Source: an uncultured Spirochaetota bacterium
Lineage (GTDB): Bacteria; Spirochaetota; Spirochaetia; SZUA-6; Fen-1364
NCBI GenBank assembly: GCA_963781885.1
Contig: CAWAHW010000004.1
Span: 32,001-96,000 of the forward strand
DNA length: 64,000 bases
Direction: 5' to 3'
Shown here: positions 18,136 through 26,803 of the stretch, piece after piece
How positions within the stretch are numbered: position 1 is the stretch's first letter
Layout: each line of letters opens with the position of its first letter
The notes under the pieces: model-generated
Seen by the model: the letters and a program-made list of their open reading frames with translations, nothing else
What the model was told of the DNA's origin: nothing
Database searches by the model: none
Made by a program: the position numbers and the translations under genes

Positions 18136-21100
18136 TCAGTAAAAATCGTGGCTCGCTCCCGTGAACGTTCCCGATGTCGTGGCCAGATCGGGCTTCCAGA
18201 ACGAATCGGCCACGACGTGGACAACCCCCTCGGACACCTGGAGACGCCCCGTCACGCCGAGCAGCCAATTGGTGAGGATGACGGTCCTGAATTTCTGGAA
18301 GACCTTGCTCCACACGACGAGATTCGCAAACCCTGTCTCGTCCTCCAGCGTCATGAAAAGCACGCCAGATGCCGTGCCCGGCATCTGGCGGCAGATCGCG
18401 GACCCCACGAAGGAAACCCTTTCACCGTTCTTCATTCGGGAAACGGCTGCCGCATCAGGAAGTCCTTCGCTGTCGAGCCGGCCGCGGAACTGCTCCATGA
18501 CATGCCCACGGGGGCTCTGATCGGAGGCGTTGTAGTCCCATGACACCTCCTCAGAGGGGGTCAGGCGGCGCAACGCGGGGAGGCTTTCCTCGGGCTCGAT
18601 GAGGATGGCCTCCGGGGGTCGATGCGGGTCGAGCACGCTCCAGAGGGCTTCACGGCGATGATTGCCGAAGCCGTCAAATGCTCCCACGGCCGCCAACCGC
18701 TCCAGGGAATCGCTGGGGAGCCGACACCGCGCCGTAAACTCCGCGAGCGATGCAGGGTGGCCTGTTTCGCGGAGCTCACGGATCTTTTCCCAATCGGCCT
18801 TGCGGAAGCCTTTGACGTAGCGCAACCCGATGCGGACGGCATGGCCGGATGCGGGATCCTCCTCCAAAAGGCATTCCCAGTCGCTTGCAAGCACGTCAAT
18901 GGGCAGGAACCTCACCCCGTGCCGTTTCGCGTCGTCGATGACCGTTGCCGGCGAATAGAAGCCAAAGGGCCACGCGTTCAGCAGGGCGCAGGCAAAAACC
19001 GCGGGGTAGTGCTGCTTCACGTAAGCCGTTGCATAGGCAATGAGGGCAAAGCTCGCCGCGTGGGATTCCGGGAACCCGTATTCACCGAACCCGCGGATCT
19101 GTGCAAAAACCCTTTCTGCAAACTCGGCTTCTATTCCCTTCGCCACCATGCGGGAAACCAGCCTCTCATGGTGCTGATCGATGCGGCCCTGCTGTCTCCA
19201 GGCTGCCATGTCGCGACGAAGCTGGTCCGCCTCACCCGGCGTGTAGTCGGCTGCAACCACCGCGAGCTTCATCACCTGCTCCTGAAAAAGGGGAATGCCG
19301 AGGGTCTTGCCGAGCACGGGCTCGAGGCTTGGATGCGGGTACGTCACTTTCTCTTCTCCCGCGCGTCGGCGCAGGTACGGATGGACCATGCCGCCCGTGA
19401 TGGGACCGGGACGGACGAGGCTTATCTCGATCACCAGGTCGTAGTAGCTCCGCGGCTTCAGACGCGGCAGCATGGCCATTTGCGCGCGGCTTTCAATCTG
19501 GAAGACTCCCACGGTGTCCGCCCGGCAGATCTGGGAAAAAACCTCCGCGTCATCCGGCGGTATAGTTGCCATGGAAAGGGACACGCCGCAATGCTTCTCC
19601 AACAAGCGGAAGGAATAATCCAGATGAGTGAGCGCGCCCAGACCGAGCAAGTCGACCTTGAAGAGATTCAGCGCTTCGATGTCGGTCTTGTCCCATTGGA
19701 TGACGGTACGGTCCGGCATGGTGGCGTTTTCAATGGGCACGATGGTGTCCACGGGTTCGCTGCCCAGGAGGAAGCCTCCCGGGTGTATCGACAGATGACG
19801 GGGAAAGCCGACGATCTCCCGGGACAATTCGAGCACGTTCCTGTTGACGGGTGCATCCATGTCCAAGCCCGCCGCCGCGAGAAGGGCATCCTTGCCTCCT
19901 TCCCAGTGAGCCATCAGCTTCGCGCAGCGGTCCAGGGCGATCTCCGGTACGCCGAAGGCCTTGCCCACTTCCCGGACGGCCGACCGTGACCGGTAGCGCA
20001 CCACGTTTGCGACCATGGCTGCCTTGTCGCGTCCGTATGTGGCGTACATGTGCTGGATGACCTCTTCCCGTCGATTATGCTCGATGTCCAGGTCGATGTC
20101 GGGCGGCTCTGCCCTTTCGCGGGAAAGGAAACGCTCGAACAGGAGATTCATTTTGACCGGATCAATTGCCGTGACGCCCAGGCAAAAGCAGACGGCGGAG
20201 TTGGCGGCGGATCCGCGTCCCTGGCAGAGTATGCCCTGCTCTGCACAATAGCGGACGATTTCCCTCATCGTGAGGAAGTATCCGCAATAGCGCAGCTCCT
20301 CGATGAGCGCAAGCTCTTTCTCGAGCTGTTTGCTCACGATCTCGGGGACTTCCCCTCCGTAACGTCCCTTCGCGCCTTCAAAGGTCAGCGTGCGCAGCCA
20401 CTCCGCCGTGGTGAGGCCATCCGGCACGGACTCATCAGGATAGCGGTACTCAAGCTCGGCGAGCGAGAAAAGGCATCGGTCCGCGACTTCCCGGGTCCGC
20501 TGGATGAGCTCAGGCGAGTCGCGATACAGGGCTGCAAACTCCACGGGAGCGCAGAGGGCATGCTCCGCATTCGGATGTAGCCTTGTTCCGGCCTCCCGCA
20601 GCGTGCACCCATGCCTGATGCATGTCAGGACGTCCTGGAGCTTCCGGCGGTCGGGGTGGTGGTATAGCACCTCGGTGACCGCGACAAGAGGCATGCCGAG
20701 ACGGGCCGCGGCTCCTCTGGTGGCGCGTTCGCGCGCGACGTCATCAACCCACCGATGACGGCAGATCGCCGCAAAAAGGCGGTCCCCGAATGCTTCGTGG
20801 AGGGAGCCGGGGCCGCGCGCGTCCGGGGCACCGGGGATGCGGTCATTGATCCACACGGCACAGAGGCCGGATGAATGCGCGCAGACTTCATCCCATGACA
20901 CCGAAAACCGACCCTTGACGCCGCGGAGATGACCCCGCGAGAGGAGATGGCACAGGTTGCCGTAGCCGCCCCTGTTTTCAGAAAGGAGGAGGATTGAGGC
21001 GCCGTCGTCGATCGACACCTGGGCGCCGACGATCAGCCGTATCCCCGTTTCGCGCGCGGCCTCGAATGCCCGGACGATGCCATAGAGGCCATTGCGGTCC

Positions 21101-21219
21101 GTGACGGCGACAGCCGGCAGGCCGTACCCGGCCGCCGTGCCGACAAGCTCGTGCGGATGACTGGCGCCTTCCAGGAAGGAAAAGTTGCTCTTGCAGCAGA
21201 GGGGAACGTATGTCGGCAC
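18136..21219 (-). CDS. dnaE2: Error-prone DNA polymerase III alpha paralogue (DnaE2/ImuC)
   Basis: PHP start SNFSFLEGASHP, GRGSAANS, catalytic PPDIDLD, FPESHAASF, OB-fold TLEDETG, C-terminal SHDFY (SRDF-type motif); GTG start inferred. Confidence 0.96.
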   Translation of the reverse strand: MPTYVPLCCKSNFSFLEGASHPHELVGTAAGYGLPAVAVTDRNGLYGIVRAFEAARETGIRLIVGAQVSIDDGASILLLSENRGGYGNLCHLLSRGHLRGVKGRFSVSWDEVCAHSSGLCAVWINDRIPGAPDARGPGSLHEAFGDRLFAAICRHRWVDDVARERATRGAAARLGMPLVAVTEVLYHHPDRRKLQDVLTCIRHGCTLREAGTRLHPNAEHALCAPVEFAALYRDSPELIQRTREVADRCLFSLAELEYRYPDESVPDGLTTAEWLRTLTFEGAKGRYGGEVPEIVSKQLEKELALIEELRYCGYFLTMREIVRYCAEQGILCQGRGSAANSAVCFCLGVTAIDPVKMNLLFERFLSRERAEPPDIDLDIEHNRREEVIQHMYATYGRDKAAMVANVVRYRSRSAVREVGKAFGVPEIALDRCAKLMAHWEGGKDALLAAAGLDMDAPVNRNVLELSREIVGFPRHLSIHPGGFLLGSEPVDTIVPIENATMPDRTVIQWDKTDIEALNLFKVDLLGLGALTHLDYSFRLLEKHCGVSLSMATIPPDDAEVFSQICRADTVGVFQIESRAQMAMLPRLKPRSYYDLVIEISLVRPGPITGGMVHPYLRRRAGEEKVTYPHPSLEPVLGKTLGIPLFQEQVMKLAVVAADYTPGEADQLRRDMAAWRQQGRIDQHHERLVSRMVAKGIEAEFAERVFAQIRGFGEYGFPESHAASFALIAYATAYVKQHYPAVFACALLNAWPFGFYSPATVIDDAKRHGVRFLPIDVLASDWECLLEEDPASGHAVRIGLRYVKGFRKADWEKIRELRETGHPASLAEFTARCRLPSDSLERLAAVGAFDGFGNHRREALWSVLDPHRPPEAILIEPEESLPALRRLTPSEEVSWDYNASDQSPRGHVMEQFRGRLDSEGLPDAAAVSRMKNGERVSFVGSAICRQMPGTASGVLFMTLEDETGFANLVVWSKVFQKFRTVILTNWLLGVTGRLQVSEGVVHVVADSFWKPDLATTSGTFTGASHDFY

Positions 21220-21227
21220 GGCTTCAG

Positions 21228-22685
21228 TCAATCGACGACACCTTGCATCCAGCAGGCATTCGTGTGCCGGTCCACAAAGAGCCAGAGACAACCGGCGTCC
21301 GTCCCCTGGAAATAATAATCGCGGAGAAAGGGCCCCTTCTCCCCTTCGTCACCCCACCATTCACCCGAGACGACGAACGGACCTGCCATTGCGCCCAGCG
21401 TCGGACGTCCCGGGGGCATCTGCATCGGCGCGCAGAGAATTCTCCTGACCGCCCGGGCCGGCCCTTCAATCTCCCGTGATCCGGATGGGGCCTGGGGACG
21501 CTGAAGCGGCACCCATGTGAAGGACCTTTCGGGAAGATATGAATCGCACAGGCGCGCGCTGGTCACGCTGTTATTGCCGAAACGAGCGCAAATGAGTGCA
21601 AAAGCGCGTGCCCCGGAATCCAGGTCGCGTCTGCGCAGGTCGAACAGATCCTCCTGCCGATGCGACGGCCGGACCCGGGCGGAGCGGATCTCTATGTCAC
21701 CGATGCCGGATGAAAAGCTCAGGCGTGAAAGACGAAGGTGAATGAGACGACGCAGAATCGAGGTGGTGAGAGTGGGCGTGGCAGGACGAATGACCTCTGT
21801 CGCAAGCTCGCCCTCCTCCATGCGAAGGGTAAGGGTGAGCTCGGCGATCACCGTCCTTTCCTTGTCCGCCCGCGCGACTTCAGAGGCAACGAGCTCTTCG
21901 ATGTGGGGCATCAGCAGCTCCAGGTCGACGATGGGGAACTCCAGATGGCGCGAGAAGGGAATGTCCTCCGGGATGGCGACAGGCTGGATGGGCAAGACAC
22001 GATCTGCAAGGATCAATTGCCGCAGGAATGCCACCTCCTTTCCAAAGCGCCGGATGCTTCCTCCATCCGGCAAGGAGATGAAATCCCGCACCGTCCGGAT
22101 TCCAAGCCGGGTCAGGGCGCTCCTGGTTTTCACGGAGAGCGGGAGGACCGCGATGGAGGACCCGGACGCCTCGAGCTGCTCTGCCTGCCGGGTTGCCAGG
22201 ACGCGGGACCTTGATTTCCCGCGCGCGATGGCGTACGTGCCGAAGCGCGAAAAGCCGATCACGGCATGTGCCTTGTAGCCCGCAGCCTGGAGCGCCTGTC
22301 GAACGGCAAGGATCCAGCGGGAGGGCGATGCAAAGAGGGATCGAAGCCCTTCGACGGACACCCAGATGGCGTCCGGGTCAAAGGGGCAGGGCTCGATGTC
22401 CGGCGTGAAAGTGGAAAGCAGCTTCACGATGTCACCACGGGCTGCCTCTATCTTTTCCTTTGAGACGGCCCCTGCGCGCAGGCCGGGGACCAGGGAAAGG
22501 GCTTCCGCATAGCGCATGCCAACTGCCAATCCCCTGTCCCGGGCCGCCCGGCTGAGTGAAAGAATCGGGCTCAAGGGCTTTTCCTCTTTTGTCACCGCAA
22601 CGGGCATGCCCCTCCACCCGGGGTTTTTTCGTAAAAGGATCTGCAGGGGCAGCCGGGGAATATCAATACAGCCCAGGCGGGCCAT
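21228..22685 (-). CDS. imuB: Y-family polymerase-like scaffold ImuB
   Basis: Y-family N-terminus (ARDRGLAVGMRYAEALSLVP) without the canonical catalytic acidic motif; C-terminal GPFVVSGEWW…RDYY…WMQGVVD; lies between imuA and dnaE2. Confidence 0.88.
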   Translation of the reverse strand: MARLGCIDIPRLPLQILLRKNPGWRGMPVAVTKEEKPLSPILSLSRAARDRGLAVGMRYAEALSLVPGLRAGAVSKEKIEAARGDIVKLLSTFTPDIEPCPFDPDAIWVSVEGLRSLFASPSRWILAVRQALQAAGYKAHAVIGFSRFGTYAIARGKSRSRVLATRQAEQLEASGSSIAVLPLSVKTRSALTRLGIRTVRDFISLPDGGSIRRFGKEVAFLRQLILADRVLPIQPVAIPEDIPFSRHLEFPIVDLELLMPHIEELVASEVARADKERTVIAELTLTLRMEEGELATEVIRPATPTLTTSILRRLIHLRLSRLSFSSGIGDIEIRSARVRPSHRQEDLFDLRRRDLDSGARAFALICARFGNNSVTSARLCDSYLPERSFTWVPLQRPQAPSGSREIEGPARAVRRILCAPMQMPPGRPTLGAMAGPFVVSGEWWGDEGEKGPFLRDYYFQGTDAGCLWLFVDRHTNACWMQGVVD

Positions 22686-23280
22686 GCCATGCCTTCTTCT
22701 GCCGGAGGGTGGAGGCTGCATTCTTGTCCTTCGCGGTATGGAGGTCACCGACAAAGGACCGCGTTCCCGACCGGGCGACGCATCCGCGAAGGGAGATCAG
22801 GGAGCCGAGGGAGGCTTCTTCGCAGCGCTTGTGCGTGAGAAAGATGACCGCGCACGTGGTGCGCGTGGCGAGCTTCTGGATGCGGCCCAGGGACGCATCG
22901 CTTGCCCGCCAGCCGGGGCCGACATCGACGATCACGAGGCCCATCGATCCGGACCGGACCAGCCATTCCGTTGCCGTGAGCGAGTCTGCATCTCCCTCAG
23001 CCCACACCACGGCAATGGCCGCAAGATCGATGCCGCGGGCCTCCATGTCGGGCGGATAGAAAATCGACCCGCTGCCGGCGATCCAGGCAACGGGCTCCCT
23101 TTCCGCCTGTGCCTCGGCGATGATCTCCGCGACGAAGGAGACGGCTCCTGAAGCCTTCTCTTCGGAGAGCTCCGCCAATCTTCCAAGGAGATTCACGAAT
23201 TTCCATTCGCCGCTTCCTGCCTGCGACTTCAGATGTGCTGCACGGATCAAAGGCAGGTCTTCAAGCGCGCGTGTCGCCAT
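22663..23280 (-). CDS. imuA: RecA-like ImuA protein
   Basis: GRLAELS, EPVAWI, FYPPDMEARGIDL, LVRSGSMGLVIVD, SLGSLISLR; degenerate P-loop; first gene of the imuB-dnaE2 operon. Confidence 0.85.
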   Translation of the reverse strand: MATRALEDLPLIRAAHLKSQAGSGEWKFVNLLGRLAELSEEKASGAVSFVAEIIAEAQAEREPVAWIAGSGSIFYPPDMEARGIDLAAIAVVWAEGDADSLTATEWLVRSGSMGLVIVDVGPGWRASDASLGRIQKLATRTTCAVIFLTHKRCEEASLGSLISLRGCVARSGTRSFVGDLHTAKDKNAASTLRQKKAWHGPPGLY

Positions 23281-23289
23281 TGCAATAAC

Positions 23290-23318
23290 AGGGTAACATC
23301 CGTTAAGTACTTTGTCAA
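23290..23318 (-). promoter_or_regulatory. imuA promoter containing a candidate SOS (LexA) box
   Basis: TTGACA(23318-13)-N17-TACCCT(23295-90) with extended TG; palindrome TAAC-ATCC-GTTA (23294-305) overlaps the spacer and -10. Confidence 0.55.
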
Positions 23319-23361
23319 CAAAACGCAGAGGGTGGCTTTCCATCCCCTTGCAACAAGACGG

Positions 23362-23394
23362 TACATTGCATTACAATCTACCTTGTCGTGCAAG
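23362..23394. promoter_or_regulatory. Tandem candidate PadR operators
   Basis: TAC-ATTG-N5-CAAT (23362-77) and TAC-CTTG-N5-CAAG (23379-94) directly upstream of padR. Confidence 0.45.
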
Positions 23395-23433
23395 CTTGTT
23401 GAATGTGCGTCTTGCTTCACCAAAGGAGCGTTC

Positions 23434-23784
23434 ATGGGGGGAACCGACATCGACGGACGGCTGTCGCAGTTTCGCAAGGGCGTGGTGGAGCTTGCGATAC
23501 TCGCCCTGCTGTATCGCGGTGAGGCCTACGGCGGGGCGATCGTCGAGCGCCTGGGCAGGCACCCGGGCCTGGCGATCGGCACCGGCACCGTCTACCCGCT
23601 GCTCTCGCGCCTGAAAAAGGCGGGGCTGATCGATTCGTCGTGGTGCGAGTCTCCCGTGGGCCCGCCGCGCAAGTATTACCGCCTCACCGCGGCCGGCAGG
23701 GCGAGCTTCGCGGCGATGACTGCGTCGTGGGAAGGCGTCGCGGAAGCAATGGATGAGCTGCTGGCAAAAGGGGAATCGCGATGA
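23434..23784 (+). CDS. PadR family transcriptional regulator (short subfamily)
   Basis: QFRKGVVELAIL, GTVYPLLSRL, GPPRKYYRLT; AAGGAG RBS. Confidence 0.94.
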   Translation: MGGTDIDGRLSQFRKGVVELAILALLYRGEAYGGAIVERLGRHPGLAIGTGTVYPLLSRLKKAGLIDSSWCESPVGPPRKYYRLTAAGRASFAAMTASWEGVAEAMDELLAKGESR

Positions 23785-24731
23785 ACGGGCCCCGTGAGAC
23801 ATCGGACGAGGGCCTGACGCCCGAAACGGCGGAGCTGGTCGATGCATACTTCCAGCGCGTTCAGAGCGCCCTCCCTGCCGGCGTCCGTGAAGAATGCGGA
23901 GAATCGATGGAGAGCCTGCGTGCGCACGTGCGGGAAGAGCTCGCCGGCAGCGAGGGTACCGCCGCGGATGCCGCGCGCGTCCTCGGCTCGCTCGGCACAC
24001 CGGAGGTCCTCGCGGCCCAGTGGGAAGAGGCCGCGCGCGAGGAACTGCCGAAGGCCGCGAAGGGCGGCTCCCGGCTGTCCGGTCGCCTGCTCGGCCTGCC
24101 ATATGAATTGCGCCTGCCCACACCCGAGCGGATCGGAGCGCGCTTGTGGGACCCCCTCAATCCGCACGTGTTCGTGCCGCGCCTTTTCGGCGTCGGCTGG
24201 ACGGTCAATTTCGCCTCCATCGCCGTGCGCCTCGGGCTCGTCCGTCCCGATGACGAGGATGTCCCGTTCGGGCTGGTGCCGCGGCGCTGGCTTGCCGCGG
24301 CGTTGGCGGTCCCCCTTGTCCTGGCGGCCGGTCTCATTTCACTCGCGGCGATCTGCCAGCCCACCCTGCCGGATTTCGTCCCGGTCCACTTTTCCATCGC
24401 CGGCATGCCGGACCGTTTTAGCCCCAAGGCCAGGGCGCTCGTCATGCCCATTTGCATGACCGCACTGGGCGCGGCGCTCGCCGCGTGGCCCTGGCTGCGG
24501 CGACGGGCGCCCCTGATGCGCGTCGCGGCAGGAGCATTCGCCACGATGATTGCCGCAATTTCTCTGGGTTCATACGGGCAGCAGGTGGCGTCCGCCCGGG
24601 GAAGCGTCGGCATCGGGATACTCGCTGCGGGTCTGACCGCGGCACTCGTTTTACCATTCGCGCTGCTCGTGATCCTGTCTCGCGTCGGTCGCGCCATGGA
24701 GCAGAAACGTGACCGGGAAAGGAATGCATGA
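23781..24731 (+). CDS. Membrane protein with N-terminal HAAS-like domain, DUF5808-like and SdpI/DUF1648-like regions
   Basis: VDAYFQRV…LGSLGTPEVLA (HAAS-like), FVPRLFGVGWTVNF, LPDFVPVHFSIAGMPD plus TM helices; ATGA-coupled to padR. Confidence 0.75.
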   Translation: MNGPRETSDEGLTPETAELVDAYFQRVQSALPAGVREECGESMESLRAHVREELAGSEGTAADAARVLGSLGTPEVLAAQWEEAAREELPKAAKGGSRLSGRLLGLPYELRLPTPERIGARLWDPLNPHVFVPRLFGVGWTVNFASIAVRLGLVRPDDEDVPFGLVPRRWLAAALAVPLVLAAGLISLAAICQPTLPDFVPVHFSIAGMPDRFSPKARALVMPICMTALGAALAAWPWLRRRAPLMRVAAGAFATMIAAISLGSYGQQVASARGSVGIGILAAGLTAALVLPFALLVILSRVGRAMEQKRDRERNA

Positions 24732-25054
24732 TGAAAGGATTTGATGGTCTTCTGTCCCTGCCGCCCGCGGCGCTCGCCGCGCTCTGTGTGCTTGCCGCGG
24801 CGCAAATCGCGCTGGACGTCATCGCGCTGGTCGACCTCGCCCGACGCCCGACCGCAAGGCTCACGATCGCCAACAAGTGGGTCTGGGTGGCGATCATCAT
24901 CGTGGTGAGCATGATCGGCGCGATCGTGTACCTCGCCGCGGGCCGCAAGGCGGGGCCCGCAGCGGACATCCGACCGGCATCTCCCGCCGCCGCGCGTGCC
25001 GCCGATGCGGCGGACCTGCTGTACGGCCCGCGAAAGGATGCCCCCAAGCAATGA
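24728..25054 (+). CDS. Small membrane protein with PLDc_N-like domain
   Basis: ALVDL…KWVWVAIIIVVSMIGAIVYL pattern. Confidence 0.8.
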   Translation: MMKGFDGLLSLPPAALAALCVLAAAQIALDVIALVDLARRPTARLTIANKWVWVAIIIVVSMIGAIVYLAAGRKAGPAADIRPASPAAARAADAADLLYGPRKDAPKQ

Positions 25055-25981
25055 ACGACGCGCTCGTCGTACGGGATGTCACGAAGCACTACGGCAGGAA
25101 GTGTGCCCTGGACCATGTCGACCTCAGGGTCGAGGAGGGGTCGCTCTTTGGCTTCCTCGGGCCGAATGGGGCGGGAAAAACCACGATGCTTCGCATCCTC
25201 ACGGGCCTGGCGCGGCCGACGTCCGGCAGCGTGAGCGTGCTGGGCAGCGACGTGGCGCGCGCCGGGCAATGCCGTGCGCGCCGGCATCGGCTACCTGCCG
25301 GACGTGCCCGGCTTCTATAACTGGATGACCGCCAATGAGTTCCTTGGATTCTCCGGCGGGTTGTTCGGCATCGGCCGGCCGGCGCTCGACGCGCGCATCC
25401 GTGTCCTGCTGGGTCTGGCCGGGCTCAACGGCGTCACGACCCGGATCGGGGGCTACTCGCGCGGCATGAAGCAGAGGCTGGGGATCGCGCAGGCGCTGAT
25501 CAACGCCCCACGGCTGCTGCTGCTCGACGAGCCGACAAGCGCGCTCGACCCGATGGGCCGCAAGGAAGTCCTCGACATGCTCGAAACGCTGAAAGGCCGC
25601 ACGACGGTGTTTTTCTCCACGCACATCCTTGCGGACGTCGAGCGCGTCTGCGACACGGTCGCCATCCTCGACCAGGGACGCCTCGTCGCCCAGGCTCCGA
25701 TCGACGAGCTGAAGGCGCGCTACGGCGCTTCGAAGATAGTCGTGGAAGTGGAGGAAGGCGCCGATGAGCTCGCCGCCGCACTCGGCCGGGAGCCGTGGAC
25801 GTCGGCGGTCGCGCGTGCCGACAACGGGGGAATCATCGTCACGGTGAGTGACACGGCCGCGGCGAAGCGGACAATCCCGGCGATGGTCGCCGCGCGGGCA
25901 CTGGCGCTCACGCGCATGGAGGCGGGGGAAATGGGGCTGGAAGAGGTATTCGTCCAGCTCGTGAGCGGGAGGAAGCTATGA
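25051..25981 (+). CDS. ABC-2 type exporter ATP-binding protein, +1 frameshift near 25265
   Basis: Walker A GPNGAGKTT is in one frame, and YSRGMKQR/LLLDEP/STH in another; removing one G from GCCGGGCAAT restores ARAGNAVRAGIGYLP. Confidence 0.9.
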
Positions 25982-26739
25982 GAGGATTTGTCGCCTTCGC
26001 GCGCAAGGAAGCGGTCGAGATTCTGCGCACCTGGCGCATCTGGGTCCTGCCGGGGATCCTGCTCTTCTTCGGCCTCACCGGCCCCGCCACGGCCCGCTAT
26101 ACGCCGCAGATCGTTGCCGCGGTGGCCGGGAGCCAGTTCGCAGGGTTCACGCTCCCGCCACCGGTCTTCCAGGACGCGTACGCGCAGTGGATCAAGAGCC
26201 TTTCGCAGATCGGGCTTTTCGCCGTCATCATCATCTACGGCGGCATCGTCTCCTCCGAGCGCAGGAGCGGCACCGCGGCCCTCGTCCTCACGAAGCCCGT
26301 ATCCCGCACGGCTTTCATCGTCGCGAAGACGCTCGTGCATGCGCTTTTCCTCGCCATCACCGTCGCGGCAGGCACGCTCATCACGTGGGGCGGCACCGCG
26401 CTGCTGTTCGGAGCGGCACCGGCGGGGCCCCTGTTTGCAGCCACCGGTGCGTGGCTCGCCTTCGGGTTTTTTTTCATCGCGGTGATGACGCTTCTCTCCG
26501 TCCTGGTGAGCTCGCAGGCAGGCGCGGCAGGCATTGGGCTAGGGACGTACGTTCTCGTCTCGATCGCCGGGCTGTGGAAACCGCTGGGCATATACTCGCC
26601 GGCGGCGCTTGTGGGCGGGCCCGCGACCGTGGCATCCGGCAAGGTCTTTGACGCGGGCTGGCCTGTCGCAACCGCGTTGCTGTTCGCGGTCGCGATCGTG
26701 GCGGCGGCGGCCGTCTCATTCGGTCGCAAAGAATTGTGA
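25978..26739 (+). CDS. ABC-2 type exporter permease
   Basis: RKEAVEILRT, SSERRSGTAALVLTKPVSR, six TM segments, C-terminal RKEL. Confidence 0.9.
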   Translation: MRGFVAFARKEAVEILRTWRIWVLPGILLFFGLTGPATARYTPQIVAAVAGSQFAGFTLPPPVFQDAYAQWIKSLSQIGLFAVIIIYGGIVSSERRSGTAALVLTKPVSRTAFIVAKTLVHALFLAITVAAGTLITWGGTALLFGAAPAGPLFAATGAWLAFGFFFIAVMTLLSVLVSSQAGAAGIGLGTYVLVSIAGLWKPLGIYSPAALVGGPATVASGKVFDAGWPVATALLFAVAIVAAAAVSFGRKEL

Positions 26740-26803
26740 TGGCGGTCGGCGTCCCCTGGCGGGCCGCGCCGGCCGTGGGGGGCGGGAAGGACGCCGCCGC
26801 TCG

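Noticed and set aside
26235-26803. Long C-terminal extension of the hybrid kinase ORF (to 26235) overlapping the ABC permease
   Set aside because: Artefact of the frameshift near 27000; the real receiver domain ends at 26804.
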